DNA of 64,000 nt, taken from assembly GCA_963805855.1 (NCBI GenBank), contig CAWDVW010000007.1, positions 544,001 through 608,000 on the forward strand, written 5' to 3'. Below are positions 1 through 10,316 of the stretch, piece after piece (position 1 is the first letter of the stretch; the number at the start of each line of letters is the position of its first letter). Both the position numbers and the translations under genes were made by a program. The notes beneath the pieces are model-generated. The model saw only the letters and a list, made by a program, of their open reading frames with translations. It ran no database searches and was not told where the DNA came from. This DNA is from Candidatus Dadabacteria bacterium (GTDB taxonomy: Bacteria; Desulfobacterota_D; UBA1144; Nemesobacterales; CSP1-2).

Positions 1-1956
1 TGTCAAGGCTTCAAACGTATCGGATGCTGAATTTTCATCTGAGCTTACGGCTTTAGCAAATTCTCTTGGCGTCATCGAATCGTGTTTAGTAAACCCTTTT
101 TTGGATAACATATAGAGCGCTTTTTTGTAAATTGAAGAGGCTCTTTTCTCAGTGTCGCTTTCTCGAAACCCGGGCAGTCTTGTGAATACGGGCGTTTTCA
201 AGAATAACAAGGCGGTAAAAGCCAAAATGCCTAATGCTATTAACCATCTTTTATCAACTAAGTGTTCACTAAAACTCTTGTTTTGTAAGTTTCTCTTTTG
301 CCAGACCCACTTGCTCCTCAGATGCCTGAAAAATTGATTTTGATCCTTTTGATCATAATCTATTACATACCTACTCCAACGGAATCTCAAGTAATCCAAG
401 TATGAACTAAAGAAATAAAAGGCACCCCTTTCCGCATCCGGGTCCGCACTCTCTGGTGTTGGGTCGAAACTAACCCAACCATATGTCGGGAAGTAAACCT
501 CTACCCAGGAGTGGGCATCGCTTTCTCTTATTAAAAAAAAGTCGCCGAGTGCGTTCCACTGACCATCAATGAATCCATTGACGACTCTTGAAGGGATACC
601 CAGAACCCTAAGCATAACCGTCATGGATGTAGCAAAGTATTCACAATGTCCAGCCCTATTTTCGAAGAGAAAATCATCTAACGGGAATTCGCTGGTTCCC
701 CTTTCTAGGGTTCTCGTATATTTTAAATTGTTTTGAAGATAATTTTTGATAGAAACCACCCTATCGTATGCATTGGTTTTGTCTTTTGTCAACTGTTTTG
801 CAAGATCTTGAATTTTTTTATTTAGAATTGGTAGTTGGAGATAAATATTCATTATTTCAGCAGGATATACCCCTTGGTCGGCTCTCAGGGCATAGGCCTC
901 CGGGACTTGCAAATCTGAGTATGCTAAATATTTGAGCTTATACGATGTGTTGTTCGGAAGAATGTAGGAGTCATTTATCTCAGTGATCATACGTCCCTCC
1001 AGGCCCTGAAAGCCAACAGGAACATTAGCTGAAAATAGAATGTCCGTGTCTATCGGTTCAGTTAATATCTCCTGGGCTAATAACTCATTTCCCGAGCGCT
1101 TTACCATTGTTTCTCCATCGGATTTTTTTCTGATGGTTTGATAGTTGCGATTACTGGCTCTCCAATGAGTTCCATCAAATTGATCAAGCGCTATGCCTCT
1201 CCAATAAATAGGTCTTGGAACACGTTTGATCTCCTTGTTTAAAATCATTACCCGCATCACGGGTGAATTATCGAACTTAATTTGTCCAACCTGCCCTAGT
1301 TTTACTTCATCTGAGAATCCGGTCCTCAATGATTCGGGTCTGATAAAATTACTCATAAAAAAACCTGTTCTAATTCTTGGGACAGAAATAAAGATCATTG
1401 CAGTAAATACTAAAACGCAAATTCCGATCAAAGCAGTGGTACTTAAAAATTTTCCAGTAACAAAGTTAGGATCCTCCTTACTAGAAGTAACACGAGATTC
1501 TTTTGTGATATTAAGAATAACCATTGCGGAAAGAGATACTGCTACATACGCCACGAATGCAACTCCATAGCCAAAATTGATAGCAACTACAGACCCAGCA
1601 ATGAATTGAAAGAAACTTAGTATGTAGATTTGTACAATGTCTCTTATTGCCTTCCTTGCGAGGAGTTTAATGATCTGGGTATAGATTAAGAAAATTAAAA
1701 TTGCCTTAAAGACTTCGACCCCTAGAACAAAGAAGCTCATTAGAACATAGACTACAAGCGATATAGCGAGGAATGTGGAGAGGCTTTCGTTGATATAGTA
1801 TTGTCTACGACTCTTTGAATTTATGAAACTAAATGTTAACGCTGCTACAAAAACAATGGCGGATAGCTCGTCAACCGCCCCCGTAATCCATATGGAAAAA
1901 AATCCTAACAGAGCAATCAGATGCGTGAACAGAACCTGTGCCCGCGATAGGTTCAC
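1..1956 (-). CDS. Membrane transglutaminase-like protein (TgpA/DUF3488 type); 3' end lies outside the window
   Basis: Absent from the ORF track because no stop codon falls in the window. GTG at 1956 overlaps the uvrB TGA. Manual translation gives N-terminal TM helices (MNLSRAQVLFTHLIALLGFF...), the motifs TGFSDEVKLG and YWRGIALDQFDG, and the catalytic-triad motifs GHCEYFA, AHSWVEVY and GWVSFDPTP. Confidence 0.9.
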   Translation of the reverse strand, partial: MNLSRAQVLFTHLIALLGFFSIWITGAVDELSAIVFVAALTFSFINSKSRRQYYINESLSTFLAISLVVYVLMSFFVLGVEVFKAILIFLIYTQIIKLLARKAIRDIVQIYILSFFQFIAGSVVAINFGYGVAFVAYVAVSLSAMVILNITKESRVTSSKEDPNFVTGKFLSTTALIGICVLVFTAMIFISVPRIRTGFFMSNFIRPESLRTGFSDEVKLGQVGQIKFDNSPVMRVMILNKEIKRVPRPIYWRGIALDQFDGTHWRASNRNYQTIRKKSDGETMVKRSGNELLAQEILTEPIDTDILFSANVPVGFQGLEGRMITEINDSYILPNNTSYKLKYLAYSDLQVPEAYALRADQGVYPAEIMNIYLQLPILNKKIQDLAKQLTKDKTNAYDRVVSIKNYLQNNLKYTRTLERGTSEFPLDDFLFENRAGHCEYFATSMTVMLRVLGIPSRVVNGFIDGQWNALGDFFLIRESDAHSWVEVYFPTYGWVSFDPTPESADPDAERGAFYFFSSYLDYLRFRWSRYVIDYDQKDQNQFFRHLRSKWVWQKRNLQNKSFSEHLVDKRWLIALGILAFTALLFLKTPVFTRLPGFRESDTEKRASSIYKKALYMLSKKGFTKHDSMTPREFAKAVSSDENSASDTFEALT

Positions 1957-3968
1957 TTTATCTCTCCCAGGTACTTAATTTCCAGATCACGGAGTCTTTT
2001 TATCTTATCTCTGCTGCGGGCTGCATTCTCAAACTCGAGCTTATTCGCAGCAAGTTTCATTTCCTCCGTAAGTTTTTTAATAAGGCCCGGAATCTTTTCA
2101 GGAGTAACATCTAATATCTCACCCTCATCATGCTTAGGAACGGTGAAATAGTCTGCTTCGTATATGGAAGCGAGTATATCGCTTATACCCTTCTCGATAC
2201 TCCTCGGTGTGATATGATTTGACTTGTTAAATGCCAATTGAATTTCTCTTCGTCGGCGGGTTTCATAAATTGCCCTCGACATCGAATTCGTAATCGTATC
2301 TGCGTACAATATGACCCTTCCCCGTATATTCCGGGCAGCTCGGCCGAAGATCTGTACAAGGGATGTTTCAGAACGCAGGTATCCTTCCTTGTCCGCATCT
2401 AATACGGCAACAAGTGACAGCTCAGGTATATCAAGCCCTTCGCGCAGAAGATTGATGCCTATTAGAACATCAAAAACCCCAACCCTTAGGTCTCTTATAA
2501 TTCTAATCCTCTCCAGTGTTTCAATGTCGGAATGTATATACCTTACCCTTACACCGAGTCGTCTATAATATTCGGCCAAATCCTCTGCCATGCGTTTGGT
2601 AAGAGTAGTTATAAGGACCCGATCAGACATTTCTATCGTCTTTTTTATTTCCTCTAGGAGATCGTCTACCTGGTTCTCTGCCGGTCGTATTTCGATCTCA
2701 GGATCAGCTAGTCCGGTGGGGCGTATGATCTGCGGAACAACCTCCGTGTCACAATTAGAAAGTTCATATGGCCCGGGAGTAGCCGAGACAAAAATCACCT
2801 GATTGATCTTATCCTCAAACTCAGAGAAGTTAAGCGGCCGGTTGTCGATAGCGGAGGGAAGCCTAAAGCCGTGCTCCACCAGAGTTAGCTTCCTGCTCCT
2901 GTCACCCTCATACATTCCCCTAAGCTGCGGGACTGTTTGATGACTTTCATCTATTATAAATAATGAACCCTTTGGAAAATAGTCCAACAGTGTCCAAGGA
3001 GGTTCGCCCGGTCTCCTCCCCGATAGGTGTCTTGAATAGTTTTCGATCCCCGGGCAGAAACCGATTGTAGAGAGAAGTTCGAGATCATAATTTGTTTTTT
3101 CCTCGATTCTTTTCTTTTCCAAGGTCATGCCCCGAGATTCAAAGTAGCCTATTCTCTCTATTAGCTCTTCCTTTATACCTTTTATTGCACGAATGACCTT
3201 CTCCGTCGGCGCAACGTAATGCGTGTTCGGATATATGATCGCTTTTTTTATTTTTCTTATCGTTCTCCTTGTTAATGGTTCAATCTCCTTTATTGATTCG
3301 ACATAATTACCAAAAAATTCCACCCTTAACGCTATCGACTCCTCATGTGATGGAAAGAGCTCTACCGAATCGCCTCTGACAGTAAAACTACCTCGGTAAA
3401 ACTCGTTTTTGCTCCTCTCATAATGGGCATCGGCAAGCTTCCTAAGAAATTCGTCCCTCTCGACATCCATTCCCTCCTCAATTATGGTAAGCATGCCGTA
3501 ATAGTCCTCGGGAGAGCCTATACCATAAATACACGAAACGCTTGCAACTATAATTACGTCTCTTCTATCGAAGAGCGATGAGGTTGCCGCGTGTCTTAGT
3601 CTATCGATATGCTCATTTATAGATGCATCCTTCTCTATATATGTGTCGGTTTGGGGTATATAGGCTTCGGGCTGATAGTAATCATAGTAGCTGACAAAGT
3701 AATGCACCGCATTTTCTGGAAACAGCTCTTTGAGTTCTCCATACAATTGTGCGGCAAGTGTCTTATTATGTGCAATAATTAATGTTGGCTTGTCCAGATT
3801 AGCGATTACTTTCGCAATGGTAAATGTCTTACCACTTCCTGTGACTCCTAGCAGTACTTGATGCTTAAAACCCTTAAGGACGCCTTTTGTAAGCTTATCT
3901 ATGGCTGACGGCTGATCACCTTTAGGAGAGAATTCCGTCTTAATTTTAAAGAGATTTGACACAATCAC
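1953..3968 (-). CDS. uvrB: Excinuclease ABC subunit B
   Basis: GVTGSGKT Walker A, FVSYYDYYQPEAY beta-hairpin, DESH, GINLLREGLD and C-terminal UVR domain. Confidence 0.99.
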   Translation of the reverse strand: MIVSNLFKIKTEFSPKGDQPSAIDKLTKGVLKGFKHQVLLGVTGSGKTFTIAKVIANLDKPTLIIAHNKTLAAQLYGELKELFPENAVHYFVSYYDYYQPEAYIPQTDTYIEKDASINEHIDRLRHAATSSLFDRRDVIIVASVSCIYGIGSPEDYYGMLTIIEEGMDVERDEFLRKLADAHYERSKNEFYRGSFTVRGDSVELFPSHEESIALRVEFFGNYVESIKEIEPLTRRTIRKIKKAIIYPNTHYVAPTEKVIRAIKGIKEELIERIGYFESRGMTLEKKRIEEKTNYDLELLSTIGFCPGIENYSRHLSGRRPGEPPWTLLDYFPKGSLFIIDESHQTVPQLRGMYEGDRSRKLTLVEHGFRLPSAIDNRPLNFSEFEDKINQVIFVSATPGPYELSNCDTEVVPQIIRPTGLADPEIEIRPAENQVDDLLEEIKKTIEMSDRVLITTLTKRMAEDLAEYYRRLGVRVRYIHSDIETLERIRIIRDLRVGVFDVLIGINLLREGLDIPELSLVAVLDADKEGYLRSETSLVQIFGRAARNIRGRVILYADTITNSMSRAIYETRRRREIQLAFNKSNHITPRSIEKGISDILASIYEADYFTVPKHDEGEILDVTPEKIPGLIKKLTEEMKLAANKLEFENAARSRDKIKRLRDLEIKYLGEIK

Positions 3969-4105
3969 CCGACCAAAATTCTAATTGAATTGTATAACTG
4001 TGTAAATAATACCCATCGACTTGTGCTAAGTCGGGCAAAGAAATAGCTAACGGCTATAGCCCTCAAGAATTATACTCCGTTGAATGGTGAGAAGGTCGAA
4101 ACGGC

Positions 4106-4525
4106 TTATTTATGTTTCTTCTTAAATTCAGTGAACCTGATTTTGTGTAGCTTTTCCCTTTGCTCCGGTGTCAGTACTTCTCTTATTTTTAACAACATAT
4201 CTAGCCTGAGTCTTTTCAATTTTGTCTTTAAGTGCACCACCTCATCATTTAGTTCGAGAACTTCATCCCTGCTTGAATTTGGGTCTTCGATCTTCGATCG
4301 GAACTCTGATTGTTTCTGTTTTAGTTGTGAATTCAAGTCTGCTATTTGGCCTTTATTACTGTTGAATATTTGCTCTATGAGGTTGACTTGATCCTCTGTT
4401 AAATTAAGTTCCTTGACAACTCCGGCATCTTTCCACCACTTGGCACTCCCATAGCCACCATGACTGTAAGCGTTTAGTGAGTAAAACAATATTAAAGATA
4501 AAATAATGAAGTAAGTCTTTTTCAA
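4106..4525 (-). CDS. Periplasmic Spy/CpxP-family (LTxxQ) protein
   Basis: Signal peptide, two LTxxQ motifs (LTEDQ, LTPEQ) and helical composition. Confidence 0.85.
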   Translation of the reverse strand: MKKTYFIILSLILFYSLNAYSHGGYGSAKWWKDAGVVKELNLTEDQVNLIEQIFNSNKGQIADLNSQLKQKQSEFRSKIEDPNSSRDEVLELNDEVVHLKTKLKRLRLDMLLKIREVLTPEQREKLHKIRFTEFKKKHK

Positions 4526-4528
4526 TTC

Positions 4529-5020
4529 CTATCCTCCCTTGTTGTTATCATTGTCAACCTTCCAAAGCCCATAGATCTCCAACATGTCCGCACTGTCGAA
4601 AGAGATTGTTCTGTCAACTTCGAATAGTAGCTTTTCGTCCTCTCTGTCCTTCTCCGTATACTTAACTACACGATTTTCCGTGGTCACATATACAATTGCA
4701 ACCACAAATATAATGAGGAATAGAAACACAACGGATATATACGACCAATTCGGCACCCGGTAGTTAAATAGATTGAATAACGATGGCTTACGGCCTACTT
4801 CCCGATGACCCGATCTTTCCCAAAACTTTGTTATATAATCGTCTTTTGGTTCGATCCCTTCCCACTTATCCAATAACTTCCATTCCAGGTCTGCGAATGA
4901 CAGAAATTCATTACATTCGTTGCACACGTCCAAATGAGCCTTCAACTCGTTCATCCGTGACTCGTCTAGGTCATCGATAGTGTAATCGAGTATCAAGCTC
5001 TTAAAATTCTCACAACTCAT
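4529..5020 (-). CDS. Zinc-binding (zf-HC2) transmembrane anti-sigma factor
   Basis: HLDVCNEC (HxxxCxxC), one TM helix, overlaps the ECF sigma gene. Confidence 0.9.
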   Translation of the reverse strand: MSCENFKSLILDYTIDDLDESRMNELKAHLDVCNECNEFLSFADLEWKLLDKWEGIEPKDDYITKFWERSGHREVGRKPSLFNLFNYRVPNWSYISVVFLFLIIFVVAIVYVTTENRVVKYTEKDREDEKLLFEVDRTISFDSADMLEIYGLWKVDNDNNKGG

Positions 5021-5594
5021 TTTCTCCCCTCTCTTCCAAAATTGGTTTTAATTTTTCGATCAGTTTCATTCTCCCTCTATGAATATAAGTCTTAACAGCA
5101 CCCACGGTGCATTCTATTACACCGGCTACCTCATCATAGGACAACCCTTCGTATTTGCAAAGAATAATCGAAATCCTCTCTTTCTCAGGTATTGAATTTA
5201 ACGCTTGAAAAATGCTATCCTTAATGTCCCTTCGGTTGATCAAATCATAACCACTCGGCGAATTCGAATCTCCGATATCTTGCCTATTCTCCTGAATTTC
5301 ATCTAAACTCACTTTATTCATCCTGCCTCTTACTTTTATTTCAGTTAGGCACACATTCGTAGCAATCTTATAGAGCCATGTGGAAAATTTAGCCTGCGGT
5401 TTGTATTCTTGCACCGATCGGTAAACCCTTAAAAAGACTTCTTGGGCTAAGTCTTCTGAATCATTTCTATCATTAGTAAAACGATATATATAATTCATAA
5501 TAGACTTGTAGTGTCTTTTCATTAATTCTGTGAAAGCACTGTCATCCCCTGATTTGACTCTCCTCATGAGCTCGATATCAGTTTCCATCTGCAT
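5010..5594 (-). CDS. ECF-family RNA polymerase sigma factor
   Basis: EDLAQEVF, FSTWLYKIATN and region 4 GAVKTYIHRGR. Confidence 0.97.
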   Translation of the reverse strand: MQMETDIELMRRVKSGDDSAFTELMKRHYKSIMNYIYRFTNDRNDSEDLAQEVFLRVYRSVQEYKPQAKFSTWLYKIATNVCLTEIKVRGRMNKVSLDEIQENRQDIGDSNSPSGYDLINRRDIKDSIFQALNSIPEKERISIILCKYEGLSYDEVAGVIECTVGAVKTYIHRGRMKLIEKLKPILEERGENEL

Positions 5595-5617
5595 GCAGAT
5601 TAGATTTTATATTTTAG

Positions 5618-5643
5618 TAACTAAAAATCAAAGAAAATGTTAC
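5618..5643 (-). promoter_or_regulatory. Possible autoregulatory ECF promoter
   Basis: Minus strand reads GTAAC-N17-GTTA just upstream of the ECF gene, resembling AAC...GTT ECF promoters. Confidence 0.35.
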
Positions 5644-5913
5644 GGATCTATTAAACATGTTATTTAACTAGGTATAATAAGCACGGAACGAAAAATTTGC
5701 CAGATACCTACAAACATTCTTAGATTTCCTTAACCACCAATCGATTCGTTATCATGTGATTCACCAATTGATAATTATTTTTGAGGCAATCAGTATGGCA
5801 AAAAAAGTAGATTAACAATGACAAACCCATTGTTTAGCATAGCTCAGAATTAGATTTAATTGAACTATTTCAGTGTCAAGGACTCATACAACCCACGTTC
5901 AACCGGAGAACAC

Positions 5914-7539
5914 ATGAAAAAAAGAGCCTTAGGTAATGACTCGACTAACTTTGTACGATTTGATGCGCCTGAAAACCTATCCACCCCAGATCGGACCGAA
6001 GATGCCTTACAGTCTCCCATGATCTCCAAATCCAGAAGAATGTTTGTCACCATGGGGCTAATGATCGGAATGTTTCTAAGTGCACTTGAAGCTACGGCTG
6101 TTAGCACCGCAATGCCTACTGTTGTCTCAAGTCTGGGGGGCCTGAGCATCTACAGTTGGGTCTTTTCCGCCTACGTTCTGACCTCGACTATTTCGCTTCC
6201 CTTCTGGGGAAGACTGTCAGACCTTTATGGGAGGAAAAGGTTCTACATTATCGGCATTGCCATATTCCTTATAGGATCTGCACTCTCGGGACAATCAAAG
6301 TCCATGAATGCTTTAATTTTATTTCGTGCACTTCAGGGATTCGGCGGCGGCGCGCTTTTGACCTTGGGAATGATAATCGTCGGAGAAATGTTCTCACTAA
6401 AGGAAAGGGCAAGGGTGCAGGGTCTTTTCGGCGGTGTTTGGGGCCTCTCTAGCATTGTCGGACCAATTCTAGGAGGCGTTATTACAGATCAGTTTTCGTG
6501 GAGATGGGTTTTTTACCTTAATATTCCCTTCGGAGTCATCGCCGTATTGGTAATATGGTTTGCACTCAAAGAAAACACAGTTACTAACAGGAAAGTATTT
6601 CTTGATATTAAGGGAGCGACAGTATTAACTGCACTTGTCTCACTTTTTCTAATTGGTCTGACACAGATCGGCAAGGGGGACAGCTTACACTATCTGGTTG
6701 TAACTCTGATGCTGGTATCATGCATCCCTTTAATGTGGCTATTTATCAAAACACAGAAGCTTGCGAAAGATCCAATCCTCCCACTCGAATTGTTTTCAAA
6801 CCCATTTTTCAAGACCTCCGTCATTACCGGCTTCCTCGTGGGAATGGCAATGTTCGGGTCAATATCATTCATACCTTTATTTATTCAAGGGGTAATTGGA
6901 ACGAATGCTACGCAAGCGGGCACCATTCTTACGCCATTGTTACTGAGTTGGGTTTTTTTCTCAAGCATCTCCGGGAAATTAATGCTTCGATTTGGTTATC
7001 GACAGATCATTATAATTGGCACTGCTCTATTATCTATTGGATTTTTTCTTCTCAGCGGTATGAGTAAGGATACATCGCATAGTGGTACTATCGTAGTATT
7101 GCTTATCCTTGGGACAGGAATGGGTATGATCTTCATTCCTTTGCTCCTTGCCGTTCAAAATTCCGTTCCTAGATTTAGGCTCGGAATCGCTACCTCCGCA
7201 ACTCAATTCTTCCGGTCCATGGGTGCTACAATCGGAGTAAGTGTAATGGGAATGGTCCTGAGTACCACCATGCTATTTGGAACCGGCTCACTTTCAAAGT
7301 CATTTGAGGCCTCGGAATTGCACTATCTAAAGAATCCAGATTTGATTGTGAACCCCGAAGCAAGGAGTTCATTATCCCCTGAAATCCATAATGCATTAAC
7401 CCAGCTGTTAGCTAGCTCACTAAGAAATGTATTTTTAACCGGATTATTCATCGCAGTAGTTGCCTTTATTTCTGCATTCCTCATGCCTAAGGGAAGGTTC
7501 ATAGACATGAGAGAAGAAGAAAAGAAATTGTTTAGTTAA
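5914..7539 (+). CDS. MFS drug:H+ antiporter (DHA2, EmrB/QacA-like)
   Basis: About 14 TM helices, GRLSDLYGRK motif A, GPILGG and WRWVFYLNIP. Start placed at ATG 5914 after GGAG. Confidence 0.93.
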   Translation: MKKRALGNDSTNFVRFDAPENLSTPDRTEDALQSPMISKSRRMFVTMGLMIGMFLSALEATAVSTAMPTVVSSLGGLSIYSWVFSAYVLTSTISLPFWGRLSDLYGRKRFYIIGIAIFLIGSALSGQSKSMNALILFRALQGFGGGALLTLGMIIVGEMFSLKERARVQGLFGGVWGLSSIVGPILGGVITDQFSWRWVFYLNIPFGVIAVLVIWFALKENTVTNRKVFLDIKGATVLTALVSLFLIGLTQIGKGDSLHYLVVTLMLVSCIPLMWLFIKTQKLAKDPILPLELFSNPFFKTSVITGFLVGMAMFGSISFIPLFIQGVIGTNATQAGTILTPLLLSWVFFSSISGKLMLRFGYRQIIIIGTALLSIGFFLLSGMSKDTSHSGTIVVLLILGTGMGMIFIPLLLAVQNSVPRFRLGIATSATQFFRSMGATIGVSVMGMVLSTTMLFGTGSLSKSFEASELHYLKNPDLIVNPEARSSLSPEIHNALTQLLASSLRNVFLTGLFIAVVAFISAFLMPKGRFIDMREEEKKLFS

Positions 7540-7974
7540 GAAGCCTTAATAATTGCTCAGACCGTCAATCGTCTAAAAAAAGAATTGTTATTATAGATTT
7601 GGTTTTATGATTGGAAGCGACCGAAAATGAAGAGAGATAATTGCCAGTCTACTATTTCTAATATCATTTGCTTGAGGCCGTTATAATAATAATGAGAGTG
7701 CAAAAGGGTTTAATCCGAATTTGGTTGAACATCCCCGTTGGCATTGAAAGCTTTAATTATATTGACCCGGCCTTGGAGAATCGTATGATCACTTGTGCCA
7801 AGCCGGGTAAAGATGCGCAACACTTATGGGTCAAGGAGATCCATCAAACATTCCCAGTGAATGACGATCCCTTAGGGGAATATAGACCAACCGACAATCA
7901 TTCAATTCAAGAAGCATCTCAAAGCAAATCTCCTTGACAAGCAACAATTCCTTCGGATTTCTTTTAGTTAATCA

Positions 7975-9504
7975 ATGATGAAAAAGGGAATAGTATATCT
8001 CATTGGTGCTGGTCCGGGAGATCCGGGACTACTAACGCTAAAGGGCAAGAAATTCTTGGCGCAGGCGGAAGTAATAGTATACGACCACCTGGTAAACCCA
8101 GAGCTGCTTATATTTGCTAGAGAAGGAGCGGAGATTATATATGTTGGAAAAAAAAGAGGCCATAAGGAGATTCCACAAAAAGAAATAAACAGGCTGATCA
8201 CCAACAAAGCACTGGAGGGAAAAATCGTTGCAAGGCTCAAAGGCGGAGACCCATTTATATTTGGAAGGGGGGGCGAGGAAGCGGTTGAACTTTCAAAGCA
8301 CGGTATTCGGTTTGACGTAATTCCGGGTGTATCATCTCCCATAGGGGTGACGTCGTATGCCGGGATACCGCTTACACACAGAGATTATTCATCATCGTTT
8401 GCAGTGGTTACAGGCCATGAGGGCCCAAAAAAGGTAAAAACTTCGCTGCCTTGGGAAGCCCTGGCCAAGATAGGCACACTGGTATTCCTTATGGGAGTTG
8501 AAAAACTGGAACAGAATATGAAAAAGCTAATCGAGATGGGGAAGTCACCTAAGACCCCAGTGGCCATTATAACTTGGGGCACTCTCCCAAATCAATCAAC
8601 GCTCACAGGAACTATAGGGAATATCGTTAGCTTATCAAAAGAAAAGAAAATATCTTCACCGTCGATCATCGCGGTCGGCGACGTGGTTAATTTAAGAGAT
8701 AAGATAAATTGGTTTGAATCAAAGCCCCTCTTTGGTAAAACGGTTCTGGTGACTAGGGCCATAATCCAGGCAAAAATATTTGCCGAACTCCTAGAAGAGG
8801 AAGGAGCACAGGTAATTGAGTTTCCCACTATCGAAGTGGTACCTCTCAGGACTTGGACCAGAATCGATAAGGCCATTGAGAATTTAGACCGCTACAATTG
8901 GCTTATTTTTACGAGTGTAAACGGGGTAATCTTCTTTTTCCAAAGGCTCAGGCAAAAGCAAAGCGATGTAAGGGACCTCAAGGGTATAAGGATCGCAGCC
9001 ATTGGAGAACAGACAAAAAATGAGATTAACAAGATGGGTATTAATGCGGATTTGATTCCTGAAGAGTACAGGGCTGAAGGTTTAATAAAGCTTTTTGAGA
9101 AAATCAATGTTAAGGGAAGTCGGGTTCTTATACCCAGGGCAAGGATAGCAAGAAAAATACTTCCAATGAAACTCAGAAACATGGGTGCCAGTGTCGATGT
9201 ATTTCCCGTCTACGAAACCAAGATGCCTGGAAAATTGAAAATAGATAAGGTTAGAAAGTTGCTGCGGAACGGTTTCATAGATGTTATAACATTTACAAGT
9301 TCATCGACTGTTAAAAACTTCTTTTCAATGATTGGAAGGGATAAAAAAATCATCTCGCGATCGACAATTGCATGTATTGGACCAATAACAGCCGAAACGA
9401 TAAGAAGTTATGGAATCGAACCTGAGATTATTTCAGGAACATACACGGTTCAAGGACTTACAAAAGAAATTGCATCTTATTTCACCGCCAGACAAACAAA
9501 GTAA
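7975..9504 (+). CDS. cobA: Uroporphyrinogen-III C-methyltransferase / uroporphyrinogen-III synthase fusion (CobA-HemD)
   Basis: GAGPGDPGLLT and RLKGGDPFIFGRGGEE, followed by a HemD domain (FTSVNGV, FTSSSTV, CIGPITA). Confidence 0.97.
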   Translation: MMKKGIVYLIGAGPGDPGLLTLKGKKFLAQAEVIVYDHLVNPELLIFAREGAEIIYVGKKRGHKEIPQKEINRLITNKALEGKIVARLKGGDPFIFGRGGEEAVELSKHGIRFDVIPGVSSPIGVTSYAGIPLTHRDYSSSFAVVTGHEGPKKVKTSLPWEALAKIGTLVFLMGVEKLEQNMKKLIEMGKSPKTPVAIITWGTLPNQSTLTGTIGNIVSLSKEKKISSPSIIAVGDVVNLRDKINWFESKPLFGKTVLVTRAIIQAKIFAELLEEEGAQVIEFPTIEVVPLRTWTRIDKAIENLDRYNWLIFTSVNGVIFFFQRLRQKQSDVRDLKGIRIAAIGEQTKNEINKMGINADLIPEEYRAEGLIKLFEKINVKGSRVLIPRARIARKILPMKLRNMGASVDVFPVYETKMPGKLKIDKVRKLLRNGFIDVITFTSSSTVKNFFSMIGRDKKIISRSTIACIGPITAETIRSYGIEPEIISGTYTVQGLTKEIASYFTARQTK

Positions 9505-9512
9505 AAATTAAA

Positions 9513-10236
9513 GTGGCTAGATTTCCGATCAGTAACAGGAATATATCCAATCGACAGGTAATCATTACGGGCTCCGATTATAGGCATATTGTCAAGGTGC
9601 TAAGATTAAAACCAGGCCACGAAGTAGTGCTCTTTGATGAAACATCCTTTGAACATGTCGGCAAGATAATTGAGATCAATAAAACGCAGATAAGGGTGGA
9701 GATACTCACCTCCACCAAGGTTAATGTCGAATCCAACACCGAAATAACCCTTTTACAGGGCATACCAAAAGCAAGTAAGATGGACTTTATCATTGAGAAG
9801 GCAACGGAGCTAGGAGTTGATTCTATAGTACCGGTTGTAACTGAGAGATCCCAAGTGAGAGAAACGAAGAAGGCTTTGAGATGGCAGAGAATTGCATTAG
9901 AAGCTTCGAAGACAATGTGGTAGGGTGAAGGCTCCTAAAATTCACGAGGTTATTGGGTTTGACGGCTGTGGAATCTACTGTCGTGATAGCGACTTAAGAC
10001 TTATATGTTATGAGCATTCTAAAACTAAGTTAAGTGATTACATCAAGAACATATCACAACCTCCTAAGACTGTTACAATATTCATAGGCCCGGAAGGAGG
10101 TCTTTCGGAATTTGAGATAAAATTAGCCATGGAGTGGGGATTTTCACCTGTTGGTCTTGGTCCAAGAATACTAAGGACTGAAACAGCCAGCGTTGTTGCC
10201 GTCGCTTTAATTCAACATATTCTGGGGGATATTTAA
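9513..10236 (+). pseudogene. rsmE: 16S rRNA m3U1498 methyltransferase RsmE split by a +1 frameshift (pseudogene or sequencing error)
   Basis: H..VLR and EKATELGV in the first frame; IGPEGG and LGPRILRTETA in the second. Removing the A at ~9912 restores EASKQCGR. Confidence 0.9.
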
Positions 10237-10316
10237 TTAGCGAAGCCCCCTACCCTGCTGCAGGAAGTCTCGGATTCCATAAAATTTAACTTCGTTCAGT
10301 GATTCTCTGAACCAGT

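Noticed and set aside
7668-7937. 89-aa ORF or cobalamin riboswitch upstream of cobA
   Set aside because: TTG start without an RBS, no recognisable motif and no B12-box seen.
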